Assembly: GCA_028692545.1 (NCBI GenBank)
Contig: JAQUXC010000001.1
Span: 92,658-156,657 of the forward strand
Length of the DNA: 64,000 bases
Direction of reading: 5' to 3'
Source: Patescibacteria group bacterium
GTDB lineage: Bacteria > Patescibacteriota > Patescibacteriia > UBA1558 > S5-K13
Numbering within the stretch: position 1 is the first letter of the stretch; each line of letters opens with the position of its first letter. The notes under the pieces are model-generated. The model saw only the letters and a list, made by a program, of their open reading frames with translations. It had not been told where the DNA came from and ran no database searches. Below, one piece after another: positions 20,523 through 30,088 of the stretch. The translations under genes and the position numbers were made by a program.

Positions 20523-20535
20523 AAATTTAGAATCT

Positions 20536-20931
20536 ATGACCAACATATACATTACAAAAAATGATCACAAAAAATTGATCAAGTTGATAAATGAAAAATT
20601 GCCGAATAACGACAGTACTCGTTCTTTGCTTTCGGAACTTAAAAGAGCGGAAATTGTCGAACCGAAAAAGATACCTGCCAATGTCATTACCATGAATTCC
20701 TTGGTGAATTTTACAGATGTAGATTCGGGAACGGAACTTGAGTATTGGTTAGTTTTCCCCGAGGATGCTGACATTGCTCAACGCAAGATATCAGTGATTT
20801 CTCCGGTGGGGTGTGCTTTATTGGGGTATCGCGTTGGTGATATCATTAATCTTAAAACACCGAGTGGAGAGAAAAAAATCAAAGTCGAAAAAATATTGCA
20901 CCAACCCGAAGCCGAAGGCAACTATGAATAA
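20536..20931 (+). CDS. GreA/GreB-family C-terminal domain protein (Rnk-like regulator of nucleoside diphosphate kinase)
   Basis: The protein is 131 aa. It has the motif ISVISPVGCALLGYRVGDIINL, typical of the Gre factor C-terminal FKBP-like domain. Confidence 0.6.
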   Translation: MTNIYITKNDHKKLIKLINEKLPNNDSTRSLLSELKRAEIVEPKKIPANVITMNSLVNFTDVDSGTELEYWLVFPEDADIAQRKISVISPVGCALLGYRVGDIINLKTPSGEKKIKVEKILHQPEAEGNYE

Positions 20932-21580
20932 TATAAAAAACAAAAATAAAATAAGCACGACAATCCGCTTTTTAATATTGTCCGATTTTTTTCTTTTTTT
21001 TGCCGTCGGTTTATTGGCACCAATATTCGCCGTCTTTGTCCTTGACAATATAGATAACAAAATAGAAGTTATCGGTTTTGCCGTGTCTTGCTACTGGTTG
21101 ACCAGAGTGATTATGGTTGTTCCATTTAGCCGGCTAATGGATAAAATCAGGGGTGAAATTGACGAATATTCGTTCATGATCATTGGCACTTTTTTAATAT
21201 CGATCATTCCTTTGTTTTACATCATGTCATCCGCCTCTTGGCATATTTATGTATTGCAGATAGTGAACGGAATTGCTAACTCTATGGCGGTTCCGGCTTG
21301 GCGTATTCTCTTTACCAATCACATAGATAAAAAAATTGTAGGTCTTGAATGGTCGTTAGAAGATGTCGGGGTTGGCATCGCTACGGCCTCCAGCGCCACT
21401 ATCGGCGCTTTTATTGCCAGCAAGCTGGGTTTTAACGCTTTGTTTGGAATTATTTCGTTTTTTGGTTTAATAGCGACAATAATTCTTATTGTTTTGAGCA
21501 AGAAAAAAGGAATGATTTTAAGTAAATTTATCATCAATAAAGCGGAAAAAGCACCGCTCAAGTTGGATACTTTTAAATAA
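20924..21580 (+). CDS. hypothetical polytopic membrane protein (MFS-like half); start adjusted to ATG 20924
   Basis: The ORF-track start at 20813 overlaps the upstream gene. The in-frame ATG at 20924 abuts the stop of the previous gene. The protein has 6 TM helices. Confidence 0.4.
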   Translation: MNNIKNKNKISTTIRFLILSDFFLFFAVGLLAPIFAVFVLDNIDNKIEVIGFAVSCYWLTRVIMVVPFSRLMDKIRGEIDEYSFMIIGTFLISIIPLFYIMSSASWHIYVLQIVNGIANSMAVPAWRILFTNHIDKKIVGLEWSLEDVGVGIATASSATIGAFIASKLGFNALFGIISFFGLIATIILIVLSKKKGMILSKFIINKAEKAPLKLDTFK

Positions 21581-21584
21581 ATTT

Positions 21585-22514
21585 ATGATTAACAGTTTAT
21601 TCATTTTTATAGTCGCTCTGCTAATGGTTATAAAAGGTGCAACAATGGCCACAAAATACTCAGCCAAATTGGCGGAGAGTTTTAATATTTCAAAATATAT
21701 TGTGGGATTTATTATCGTTGCGTTTATTTCAATCCTACCAGAGACATTAATTTCAATTAACTCTGCCATTGGCGGTATTCCTGAATTCGGACTTGGTACA
21801 TTATTTGGCTCAAATATTGCTGATTTATCTTTGATATTTGCAATTCTAATCATATATGCTAGGAGAGGAATAAAAATAGAAAGTAAGGTTTTAAAAAATA
21901 TTCGACTATATCCTTTTTTTCTGCTTTTACCACTATTATTCGGTTTAAATGGGCATTATTCAAGAATTGAAGGTATATTCTTAATTATCGCAGGTATAGT
22001 TTTTTATTATTTGGTATTTAAAAATGGGATTGGTGTATCTGCTAATTTACGAAATGGCAACGGAAAATATAAAAGTCTTCTGTTTTTAATTATCTCGATG
22101 GCTTTACTATTGATTGGCTCGCATTTTACCGTAACTTCAGCTACTGCTCTGGCTCATACTCTAAAAATAACACCTATTCTTATCGGTATGCTTGTTGTAA
22201 GTTTGGGTACGACTATGCCAGAATTATTCTTTTCTTTAAAGGCTGTAAAACGAAAAGATGATGGATTGGCAGTTGGCGATATTCTGGGATCGGTTTTGGC
22301 AGACGCTACTATAGTGGTTGGTATTTTGGCCACAATTAGTCCGTTTTTCTTTCCAGTTAAAATTGTTTATATTACAGGGGTGTTTATGGCGATATCCTCA
22401 TTCATACTGCTTAAGTTTATGAAAACAGGAAAGTTGATCACAAAAAATGAAGGGTATTTACTTTTATCTTTTTGGGTTATTTATGTTATTGTTGAATTTA
22501 TTGTAAACAGGTAA
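21585..22514 (+). CDS. Ca2+/cation antiporter (CaCA family, YrbG-like) membrane protein
   Basis: It has two alpha-repeat-like motifs (GSNIADLSLIFAI and GSVLADATIVVGIL) and the motifs PETLISI and MPELFFS, in a roughly 10-TM protein. Confidence 0.55.
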   Translation: MINSLFIFIVALLMVIKGATMATKYSAKLAESFNISKYIVGFIIVAFISILPETLISINSAIGGIPEFGLGTLFGSNIADLSLIFAILIIYARRGIKIESKVLKNIRLYPFFLLLPLLFGLNGHYSRIEGIFLIIAGIVFYYLVFKNGIGVSANLRNGNGKYKSLLFLIISMALLLIGSHFTVTSATALAHTLKITPILIGMLVVSLGTTMPELFFSLKAVKRKDDGLAVGDILGSVLADATIVVGILATISPFFFPVKIVYITGVFMAISSFILLKFMKTGKLITKNEGYLLLSFWVIYVIVEFIVNR

Positions 22515-22642
22515 AATCAATGGATGCGTCCTAAAATTCCGCCAAAAAAATCGTCCCAACGAAAAATGTGTTAAATGAAATAAATACCTTCCAAGAATAT
22601 TTACATGGAGGCGCTGAAAAAAATTGAGAAAAATAATCTATT

Positions 22643-23857
22643 ATGATCTTTAAGTATTTAATAAAAAATAAAAAGATTTTATTACCTATCCTCGCTATAG
22701 TCTCTTTGATTGCAGGTATTTTTCTATCTTTATATTCTTCGGTCATTTTCCAAGAAGGTAATCCTTGGCCACAGATTAAAGGTATGGTTCAATTAAAATT
22801 TGACGATAGTGATATTGTGAAGTTGTCGGGTTCAGACAATAGATTTATGACTGAAAGTAAAAATGGGACCATGATACATGATTTTATGAAAACCAAAGGA
22901 TACGAATTCACCGAGCAAATGGGTTCAGGTTATTTTTTTAAGTCTACAACAGGACAAACCGCCATTGCCACTCACAGATATTACAGTCGTTATTATTCGC
23001 TTTGGACTATTACTGAAGATAACAATGATTCCAATAATAATCTGTGGACTACAATTACTAATGATCGAGGTGTTACGTTTCAATATCCAAAAGAACTGTT
23101 GGCAAAATATGTGAGCGTTGTGGAATGGCCTCCGGTTATTGCTATTGAAACCAGTGCATATTCATGTAAAAACACACCACAGGAAGTAAGCAGTATGTCG
23201 GATATCACTTCGGAGAGGATGGTTGATAATAGAACTTATTGCTTAAATGTTAAGAATGAGGGTGCGGCAGGCAGTGTTTATTCTTCATACGTTTATACCA
23301 CTGTTAGGGGTGGTAAACTCGTAAAAGTTAGCTTTACTCTGCGATATCCTAATTGTAATAATTATGATGAAGAACAAAGTAAAGCTTGTGCCAGCGAGCG
23401 AGAGGCTTTCGATGTTGATTCCACTGTTGACAGGATAGTTCAAACAATCGAATTGGATTTATTGCAAAACGAAAGTCTGTCGGATCAAATTAGAAAATGC
23501 ATAGTCATGAGCGATACAGCCAGTCATGAAAAATGTAACCAATTGTTAAAGCAGATAACTGATTATAATTCCTGTGTTAGAGCTGGCTTTTCGATTATGA
23601 AATCTAGTCCCCCACAGTGTGCTACTCTTGATGGTAGAAACTTTACGGATGAAACTAATAGTGACTGGAATATAGTCTTAGCGGCCCTTAAAAACTGTGA
23701 GGTGGAAAGAGTATTTCAAACACACAGTAAACTAGTAATTCTAAAACTTAAAAACGGCGATAAAGTTTCTGCTTATGAACCTCAAATTGATGATGTTATG
23801 AAAGTGGTTGAAAGTTTAAATGGTAAGTGTGGCAATATTATAATGGCGACTGAATAA
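22643..23857 (+). CDS. hypothetical secreted/membrane-anchored Cys-rich protein
   Basis: It has an N-terminal TM/signal anchor and many Cys residues. No motif was recognised. Confidence 0.35.
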   Translation: MIFKYLIKNKKILLPILAIVSLIAGIFLSLYSSVIFQEGNPWPQIKGMVQLKFDDSDIVKLSGSDNRFMTESKNGTMIHDFMKTKGYEFTEQMGSGYFFKSTTGQTAIATHRYYSRYYSLWTITEDNNDSNNNLWTTITNDRGVTFQYPKELLAKYVSVVEWPPVIAIETSAYSCKNTPQEVSSMSDITSERMVDNRTYCLNVKNEGAAGSVYSSYVYTTVRGGKLVKVSFTLRYPNCNNYDEEQSKACASEREAFDVDSTVDRIVQTIELDLLQNESLSDQIRKCIVMSDTASHEKCNQLLKQITDYNSCVRAGFSIMKSSPPQCATLDGRNFTDETNSDWNIVLAALKNCEVERVFQTHSKLVILKLKNGDKVSAYEPQIDDVMKVVESLNGKCGNIIMATE

Positions 23858-24075
23858 TATAGAATAATTTTATTAATAATTTTATAATAAATATATGATG
23901 GAAATAATTGATTCAAACACAAGATTTTATATTGATATTGATATTAAGGCCAAAAAAATTTTAAACTGGAATTATGGTCAGAGAGAAAAGTTGGAACAAG
24001 AATTAGCAAATTCAAATCATCGTAGAATTTTTATAACCAAAGGTCAATATAATAAATTGGACAAAGAAAAATAAT

Positions 24076-24474
24076 ATGAAATCAAATTTAATTGCTCCTT
24101 GCGGTATGAACTGTACTTTATGTATAGCATATTTGCGAGAAAAAAATCACTGCCCAGGATGTAGAGGCAATGCTATTGGATCTTGCCAAAAATGTATTAT
24201 AAAAAATTGTAGTATTCTAAAAGGAAATAAATGGTTATTTTGCTCTGACAAGTGCGAAAAATATCCGTGTAAAAGATTGAAAGATTTAGACAAAAGATAT
24301 AAAACAAAATATGCCATGAGTATGATTGACAACTTAAAATTCATAAAGAATAACGGCATCATGATGTTTTTCAAAAAAGAAAAAGAAAAATGGACGTGTA
24401 AAAAATGTAACGGAACTATATGTGTTCATAGAGGATTTTGTTTAAATTGTGGTAATAAAAATTTAAACGTTTAG
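24076..24474 (+). CDS. cysteine-rich (multi-CxxC) small protein, DUF3795-like
   Basis: Multiple CxxC pairs are spread across its 132 aa. Confidence 0.4.
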   Translation: MKSNLIAPCGMNCTLCIAYLREKNHCPGCRGNAIGSCQKCIIKNCSILKGNKWLFCSDKCEKYPCKRLKDLDKRYKTKYAMSMIDNLKFIKNNGIMMFFKKEKEKWTCKKCNGTICVHRGFCLNCGNKNLNV

Positions 24475-24974
24475 TTTCAATATGGATGAAAAATAAAAAT
24501 TTTTTCAAAAAGAGATTACTTTTGCTATTTGAAAAATATTTTTTAAAATCCTAAAAATTTGGTTGAGGTGTAATTGTTTTAACTGATGGTAAATTTTATA
24601 TTGTATCTATGAAAAGCAGAGTACATTTTGGTTTTTCTGTTATTGTCTTAGATAAGGAAGATATTAAATTTTTGGATGGAGGCAGTAAAATAATGAAACA
24701 TATTAAAATATTGGATTTGAAAAGTATTGATGAGGTAAAATTGAAAAAAACAATAGGGATAGTTTATAAAAAAGTTAAATATGTTGGTTGTTAAAAAAGG
24801 TTTAATTTAAATGATGAATAATTTGTGGATGTTGATTTTTATTTTTAATTACTTACTATGTTGAAAAAGAAGATTGAGGTTAGAAATTGGTGTTTGCACA
24901 AGATAAATAAGTACGGAAATAATAATTTAGCATGTTTTAAATGACTAATATTAGAAAAATATTGCACATTAAAA

Positions 24975-24994
24975 AACAACTCATAAAGTTGTTT
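24975..24994. terminator. bidirectional terminator hairpin aacaact/agttgtt flanked by A- and T-runs
   Basis: It lies just downstream of the rel stop (minus strand). Confidence 0.55.
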
Positions 24995-25020
24995 TTTGTT
25001 TTTTTATAAATAAATTGAAA

Positions 25021-26535
25021 TTATTGTCTTTTGTTTTTTATATATTTTAGAGTCTTACTTATGATTTTATATTTTGAATATTTTTCTGATTCGGATAATT
25101 TGTTTCTTATTCTTTGTCTTGCCATATTTGTTTTTGTAAAATTTAGCCAATCTGGATTTGGAAGTTTTCTATTTTTATCAATTATAATTTCTACCATATC
25201 ACCATTTTTTAATTCTGTGTCCAATTTTGACATTTTGTTGTTGATTTTCACTCCTACACATTTGTTTCCTATATCTGTATGTATATGATAGGCAAAATCT
25301 ACTGGAGTTGATTGTTCTGGTAATTCTATAACATCATTTTTTGGTGTAAAAATAAATATTTTTGATTTAAATATGTCTGTATTTATTTTTATAGATCTCA
25401 AATAATCTTTGTTATTTTTTATTTTTTCTTGCCATTTTACTAATTCCTTTATCCATTTTATTTTTTTTTGATCTACTTTTATATTTAAGGCATTTTTATA
25501 TCTCCAATGTGCAGCTATACCAAATTCTGCTTCTATTTCCATATCTTGCGTTCTTATTTGTATTTCAACAGGATTATTGTCTTCATTAAAAATAGTTGTA
25601 TGAAGTGATTGATATTTGTTTGGTTTTGGTTGTGATATATAATCTTTTACTCTGCCATTTAGAGCATGCCAATTATTGTGAATTAATCCTAAAATAGTAT
25701 AGCAATCATTTGAGTTTTTTGTTATCACTCTTATGGCTATTAAGTCATATATTTTTTGAATTTCTCTATCCTTTCTAAGGAGTTTTTGATATAGGGAGTA
25801 TAATTTTTTCTTACGGCCATAAACATTCATAAATTCTATATTGTTTTTTTTGAGAAGATTTATTAGTACATTTTTTGTTTTTTCTAATGATTCTGCTCTT
25901 TCTTCTATATGCGATTTGAGTTGTTTTTTTGTCCAGTTATATTCTTTTGGGTATACATATTTAAAAGATAAATCTTCTATTTGTTCTTTTATTTTGTACA
26001 TACCAAGTCTTGCAGCTATTGGAGCATATATTTCTAATGATTCTAATGCTATTCTATATCTTTTTTCTTTATTTGGATGATATTTTAATGTTTTTAAATT
26101 ATGGATTCTATCAGCAAATTTTATTATTATAACTCTTACATCTTTTGATGTAGCTATAAACATTTTTCTTAAATTTTCAGCATATCTTTCTACTCCTCTA
26201 TATTTAATTTGACCTATTTTTGTAACACCTGATACGAGATGTGCTATATTTGATCCAAATTCTTCTTTTATGTTATCTATAGAAAATTCTGTTTCTTCTG
26301 GTATATCATGTAATAATCCGGCAACTATTGTTTCTGTATCCATTCCCATTTTTGCCAGTGTGTGAGCAGTTTCTAGCGGATGATTTATATATTCTTCACC
26401 ACTTAGTCTTTTTTGATTTTGGTGAGCAACGGCTGCAAATTCCCAAGCTTTAACAATAAGATCTATGTCTATTTCATTTTTTTCATTTTTATTTTTTTCT
26501 TTGATTGTTTTTAGTATATCGTCTATTGTTGTCAT
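25021..26535 (-). CDS. rel: bifunctional (p)ppGpp synthetase/hydrolase Rel (short form: HD, synthetase, TGS)
   Basis: It has the HD hydrolase motif HDIPEETE and histidines in HPLETAHT. The synthetase region contains RVKDYISQPKPNKYQSLHTTI. A C-terminal TGS-like region is present. Confidence 0.8.
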   Translation of the reverse strand: MTTIDDILKTIKEKNKNEKNEIDIDLIVKAWEFAAVAHQNQKRLSGEEYINHPLETAHTLAKMGMDTETIVAGLLHDIPEETEFSIDNIKEEFGSNIAHLVSGVTKIGQIKYRGVERYAENLRKMFIATSKDVRVIIIKFADRIHNLKTLKYHPNKEKRYRIALESLEIYAPIAARLGMYKIKEQIEDLSFKYVYPKEYNWTKKQLKSHIEERAESLEKTKNVLINLLKKNNIEFMNVYGRKKKLYSLYQKLLRKDREIQKIYDLIAIRVITKNSNDCYTILGLIHNNWHALNGRVKDYISQPKPNKYQSLHTTIFNEDNNPVEIQIRTQDMEIEAEFGIAAHWRYKNALNIKVDQKKIKWIKELVKWQEKIKNNKDYLRSIKINTDIFKSKIFIFTPKNDVIELPEQSTPVDFAYHIHTDIGNKCVGVKINNKMSKLDTELKNGDMVEIIIDKNRKLPNPDWLNFTKTNMARQRIRNKLSESEKYSKYKIISKTLKYIKNKRQ

Positions 26536-26579
26536 ATATTTATTATAGACATGTATTTTCTAATTTGTAATTGCCTACA

Positions 26580-26606
26580 AAAATTCCGCTGAACGCGGAT
26601 TTTTTG
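26580..26606. terminator. hairpin tccgc-tgaac-gcgga with A/T runs (terminator of topA, minus strand)
   Basis: It lies immediately 3' of the topA stop. Confidence 0.5.
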
Positions 26607-26608
26607 TT

Positions 26609-28651
26609 TTATATTTTACTTTTGCATTTTGAATTCGAGCATTGTATTTTACCCTTTGGGGTTTCTATCATTGCCTCGTTGCATTCTGGACATAATTCTC
26701 CTGTTGGTTTTTGCCATGTTGCAAACTTGCATTCTGGAAATTTGTTACAACCATAAAATATTTTTCCACGTTTTGTTTTTCTTATTATTATATTTCCATC
26801 TTTGCATTTTGGACATTTTATTCCAAGATCGGACGTAATTGCTTTTGTATTTCTGCATTCTGGAAACCCAGAACATGCCAAAAATTTTCCAAATCTTCCA
26901 AGTTTTATTATCATAGGTTTTCCGCATTTTTCACATACCTCGTCTGTCTTTTCATCTGTGTCTATTTTTTCTACAGTTTTATATTTCTCTTCTAAATTTT
27001 TTATAAAAGGATTGTAAAATTCTAGCAGAAATGGTCGCCATTCTTTTTTTCCTATAGCTATTTCATCTAATCCTTCTTCTAGATTTGCTGTAAATTGATA
27101 ATCTATTATTTCAGAGAAATAGTCTATGAGTGTTTTATTTATAAGATTTCCTAATTGAGTAGGAGATAGTTTTCTACCTTCTTTTATTATATATTTTCTA
27201 AATATTATATTTGATATTGTTGGAGCATATGTAGATGGTCTTCCTATTCCAAGTTCTTCCATTTTTTTGATTAATGATGCTTCATTGTATTGAGCTGGAG
27301 CTTCTGTGAAATGTTGTTCTGGTTTTATTTCAATAAGTTTTAAATTTTCGTTTGTTTTCATTTCTGGAAGTATATTTTCTTCTATTTTTGATGTGTATAC
27401 TTTCAGGAATCCATCAAATTTTATAACATTACCAGAACTTGTAAATGTATAATTTTTTTTATCATCTTCTATGATAATTTTTGTCTTTTCAATTATTGCA
27501 CTTTGCATTTGGGATGCCAATGTTCTTTCCCATATAAGTCTGTATAGTTTGTATTGTTTTGGATTTAGAAATTTTTCTATATTTTCAGGTTTGTTGTTTA
27601 TGTCTGTAGGTCTTATTGCTTCATGTGCTTCTTGAGCATTCTTTGATTTTGTTTTGAATCTTTTTAATCTTGAATATTTTTCTCCAAAGTTTTTTGTTAT
27701 AAAATTTTTTGTAGAATTCAAGAATTGTTCTGATAAATTTAGCGAATCAGTTCTCATATAAGTTATAAGTCCTGTGCCTTCTGATTCTATATCAATACCT
27801 TCATATAGTTGTTGAGCTAGCATCATTGTTTGTTTGGATGAAAATCCAAGTTTTTGGTTTGCTACTTGTTGTAAGGTTGAAGTTGTAAAAGGTATTGGTG
27901 AACTTTTTTGTCCATCTTTTACTTCTATATTAGTTATTTTGTATGTATATTTTTTTGCATCTTTTGCAATATCATTTGCATTCTGTTCTTTTTGGATTCC
28001 TAATTTTTCTATCTTTTTGTTTTTTATTTTTTCAAGTTTAGAATTTATTATTATCTTTTTTTCATTTTCAAAATCAGCATCTATAGTCCAATATTCATCT
28101 GTTTTGAATTTATTTATTTCTTCTTCTTTTTCACATATAAGTCGTAGTGCAACGGACTGAACTCTACCTGCAGATAATCCTTTTGCTATTTTTTTCCATA
28201 AAAAAGGAGATAATTTATAACCCACTAATCTATCTAAGATTCTTCTTGTTTGTTGTGCATCTACCAAATTCACATCTATTTCTCTTGGACTTTCAAGTGA
28301 TTTTAGAATGGCTTGTTTTGTAATTTCATGAAATGAAATTCTTTGGTAATTTTTTGGTTTTAAAATATAATTTAAATGCCACGATATTGCTTCTCCTTCA
28401 CGATCCTCATCAGTAGCAAAATATACTATTTCAGATTTTTTTGCTAATTCTTTTAATCTATTTACATTTTTTTTTGCTTTTGTAGGAATTACATATTGTG
28501 GTTCGAAATTTTTTTCTATATCAACACCTAATTTTGTCTTTGGTAAATCTCTTACATGTCCAAAAGATGACTCTACCATATATGACTTGTCTAAAAATTT
28601 TTGGATTATTTTTGCTTTTGTAGGGGATTCTACTATTACTAATTTTTTCAT
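26609..28651 (-). CDS. topA: DNA topoisomerase I
   Basis: The N-terminal Toprim domain has KKLVIVESPTKAKII. The active-site region is conserved. C-terminal Cys4 zinc ribbons (CEKCGKPM..., CPKCKDG...) are present. Confidence 0.85.
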   Translation of the reverse strand: MKKLVIVESPTKAKIIQKFLDKSYMVESSFGHVRDLPKTKLGVDIEKNFEPQYVIPTKAKKNVNRLKELAKKSEIVYFATDEDREGEAISWHLNYILKPKNYQRISFHEITKQAILKSLESPREIDVNLVDAQQTRRILDRLVGYKLSPFLWKKIAKGLSAGRVQSVALRLICEKEEEINKFKTDEYWTIDADFENEKKIIINSKLEKIKNKKIEKLGIQKEQNANDIAKDAKKYTYKITNIEVKDGQKSSPIPFTTSTLQQVANQKLGFSSKQTMMLAQQLYEGIDIESEGTGLITYMRTDSLNLSEQFLNSTKNFITKNFGEKYSRLKRFKTKSKNAQEAHEAIRPTDINNKPENIEKFLNPKQYKLYRLIWERTLASQMQSAIIEKTKIIIEDDKKNYTFTSSGNVIKFDGFLKVYTSKIEENILPEMKTNENLKLIEIKPEQHFTEAPAQYNEASLIKKMEELGIGRPSTYAPTISNIIFRKYIIKEGRKLSPTQLGNLINKTLIDYFSEIIDYQFTANLEEGLDEIAIGKKEWRPFLLEFYNPFIKNLEEKYKTVEKIDTDEKTDEVCEKCGKPMIIKLGRFGKFLACSGFPECRNTKAITSDLGIKCPKCKDGNIIIRKTKRGKIFYGCNKFPECKFATWQKPTGELCPECNEAMIETPKGKIQCSNSKCKSKI

Positions 28652-28740
28652 ATAATTTAGTTATAAAGTTATAAAGTACCAAGTTATAAGATTTTTAAAA
28701 CTTTATAACTTATTACTCTCAACTATTTTTTCATATATCA
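28652..28740. repeat. intergenic repeat element (gttataaag / ctttataac words), family shared with 57603-57680
   Basis: agttataaagttataaagtaccaagttataag...aactttataactta is homologous to aagtcataaagtacaaagttgaaagtactttataactcagaactttataacttta. Confidence 0.5.
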
Positions 28741-28763
28741 TTGTAAGTTTCTCCATTAATTCC

Positions 28764-30044
28764 CTAAAAGCTTTTTCTATTTCTTAATATATATTCTTCA
28801 TCAATCCATTTTTCTCTTAATTTTCCAGATAAGTACATAGAACCAGTTATGAGAAGACAATCATGTACTCCTGTTTCAGATATTGCATAACTTAGTGCTT
28901 GCCATGGATCTAGAAAATAATTTGTCTTTGCTTTTACCTTTAATTTTTTTATAATATCTTGAAAATTACCAAGTGGAACGGTTCTTCTATTTCCCGGAAT
29001 TTCAAGTGCTCTTGTAAATATTATATGATCTGCAAGATGAACTATTTCTTTTATTGATTCTTCTGTATTTTTTCCAGCAGTCATACTGAAAAGCAAAATC
29101 AACTTTTTGTATTTTGTACCCTTTATTTGTTCTGCAGTTTTTCTAAGTTTTATTCTGTTGTGAGCTCCGTCTATTATTATTTTTGGAACTTCTTGTATTG
29201 TTTCAAATCTACAAGGTAGTTTTATGTTTAATAAACTTTTTTCTATTATAGAATCTTTTATATTTAATATTTTACCAACCTCTTTTGCTATAATATTGTT
29301 TTTGTCACCCTCTTTATATTTTAGGCTTATATATTTTGCATTTTCTTTTTCACATTTTTTTTCGAAGAGCTTCAATAGACTAGGTCTTTGTTCTGTTGTT
29401 ATGAAAGTAGATTTATTTTTTATAATTTCCATTTTATCACTTGCGATGTGTTTTAGTGTAGGACCAAGAACATCTTGATGATCATAATCTATATTTGTAA
29501 TAACAGCCATTTTTGTATCTTTTATAACATTTGTTGCATCATATTTTCCACCCAACAGTGCTTCTAGAACAACCCAATCGCATTTAATGTTTGCAAAATG
29601 TATAAATGCTATTGTAAGAGAAACTTCGTAGTATGAGGGTGTACCATAAGGACTATATAACGCGCATTCTGTAATTGGTTTTTTTAGACTTTCTACTATA
29701 TTTGCAAAAGTGTTTGGGGATATATATTTATTTCCAACTATTATACGCTCTATGTGCGTTGTTGTATGTGGAGAATAATAAGATCCAACTTTATATCCAG
29801 CTGCTTTTAATACGTTGTGTATTGCCCAAGTTGTACTACCTTTTCCTGCTGTTCCTGTTATATGTATATATTTTGATTTATCTTGAGGATTACCTATCAA
29901 TTTTAGTAAATACTTCATTCTATCAATATAAAAAGATCTATCATATTTACTTTTTCCGACTTTGTAATTTAGGTAGTTTTTTCCAGGTATATTATTTAAA
30001 GATTCTAGAAATTTGATTGCCCTTTGATACTTTGTTAAAACCAT
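28764..30044 (-). CDS. folC: folylpolyglutamate synthase / dihydrofolate synthase (Mur ligase family)
   Basis: It has the P-loop ITGTAGKGST and a DGAHN motif, and its length is typical of FolC. Confidence 0.7.
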   Translation of the reverse strand: MVLTKYQRAIKFLESLNNIPGKNYLNYKVGKSKYDRSFYIDRMKYLLKLIGNPQDKSKYIHITGTAGKGSTTWAIHNVLKAAGYKVGSYYSPHTTTHIERIIVGNKYISPNTFANIVESLKKPITECALYSPYGTPSYYEVSLTIAFIHFANIKCDWVVLEALLGGKYDATNVIKDTKMAVITNIDYDHQDVLGPTLKHIASDKMEIIKNKSTFITTEQRPSLLKLFEKKCEKENAKYISLKYKEGDKNNIIAKEVGKILNIKDSIIEKSLLNIKLPCRFETIQEVPKIIIDGAHNRIKLRKTAEQIKGTKYKKLILLFSMTAGKNTEESIKEIVHLADHIIFTRALEIPGNRRTVPLGNFQDIIKKLKVKAKTNYFLDPWQALSYAISETGVHDCLLITGSMYLSGKLREKWIDEEYILRNRKSF

Positions 30045-30088
30045 ACTTTTAAGTTATTGTGTTTATTTTTAAATAAAATAAAAAGCCG

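Noticed and set aside
23895-24074. 59-aa ORF (MMEIIDSNTRFYIDIDIKAKKILNWNYGQREKLEQELANSNHRRIFITKGQYNKLDKEK) upstream of the Cys-rich gene
   Set aside because: It is plausible as a small gene since it abuts the next ATG, but it has no recognisable motif and is below the ORF-track length cutoff. Support is insufficient to call it.
26571-28160. Several plus-strand ORFs (26571-26756, 26629-26838, 26711-26995, 26802-27017, 27834-28160) inside the topA locus
   Set aside because: They lie antisense to a well-supported topA gene. Their low-complexity Phe/Leu/Ile-rich translations are typical of AT-rich antisense frames.
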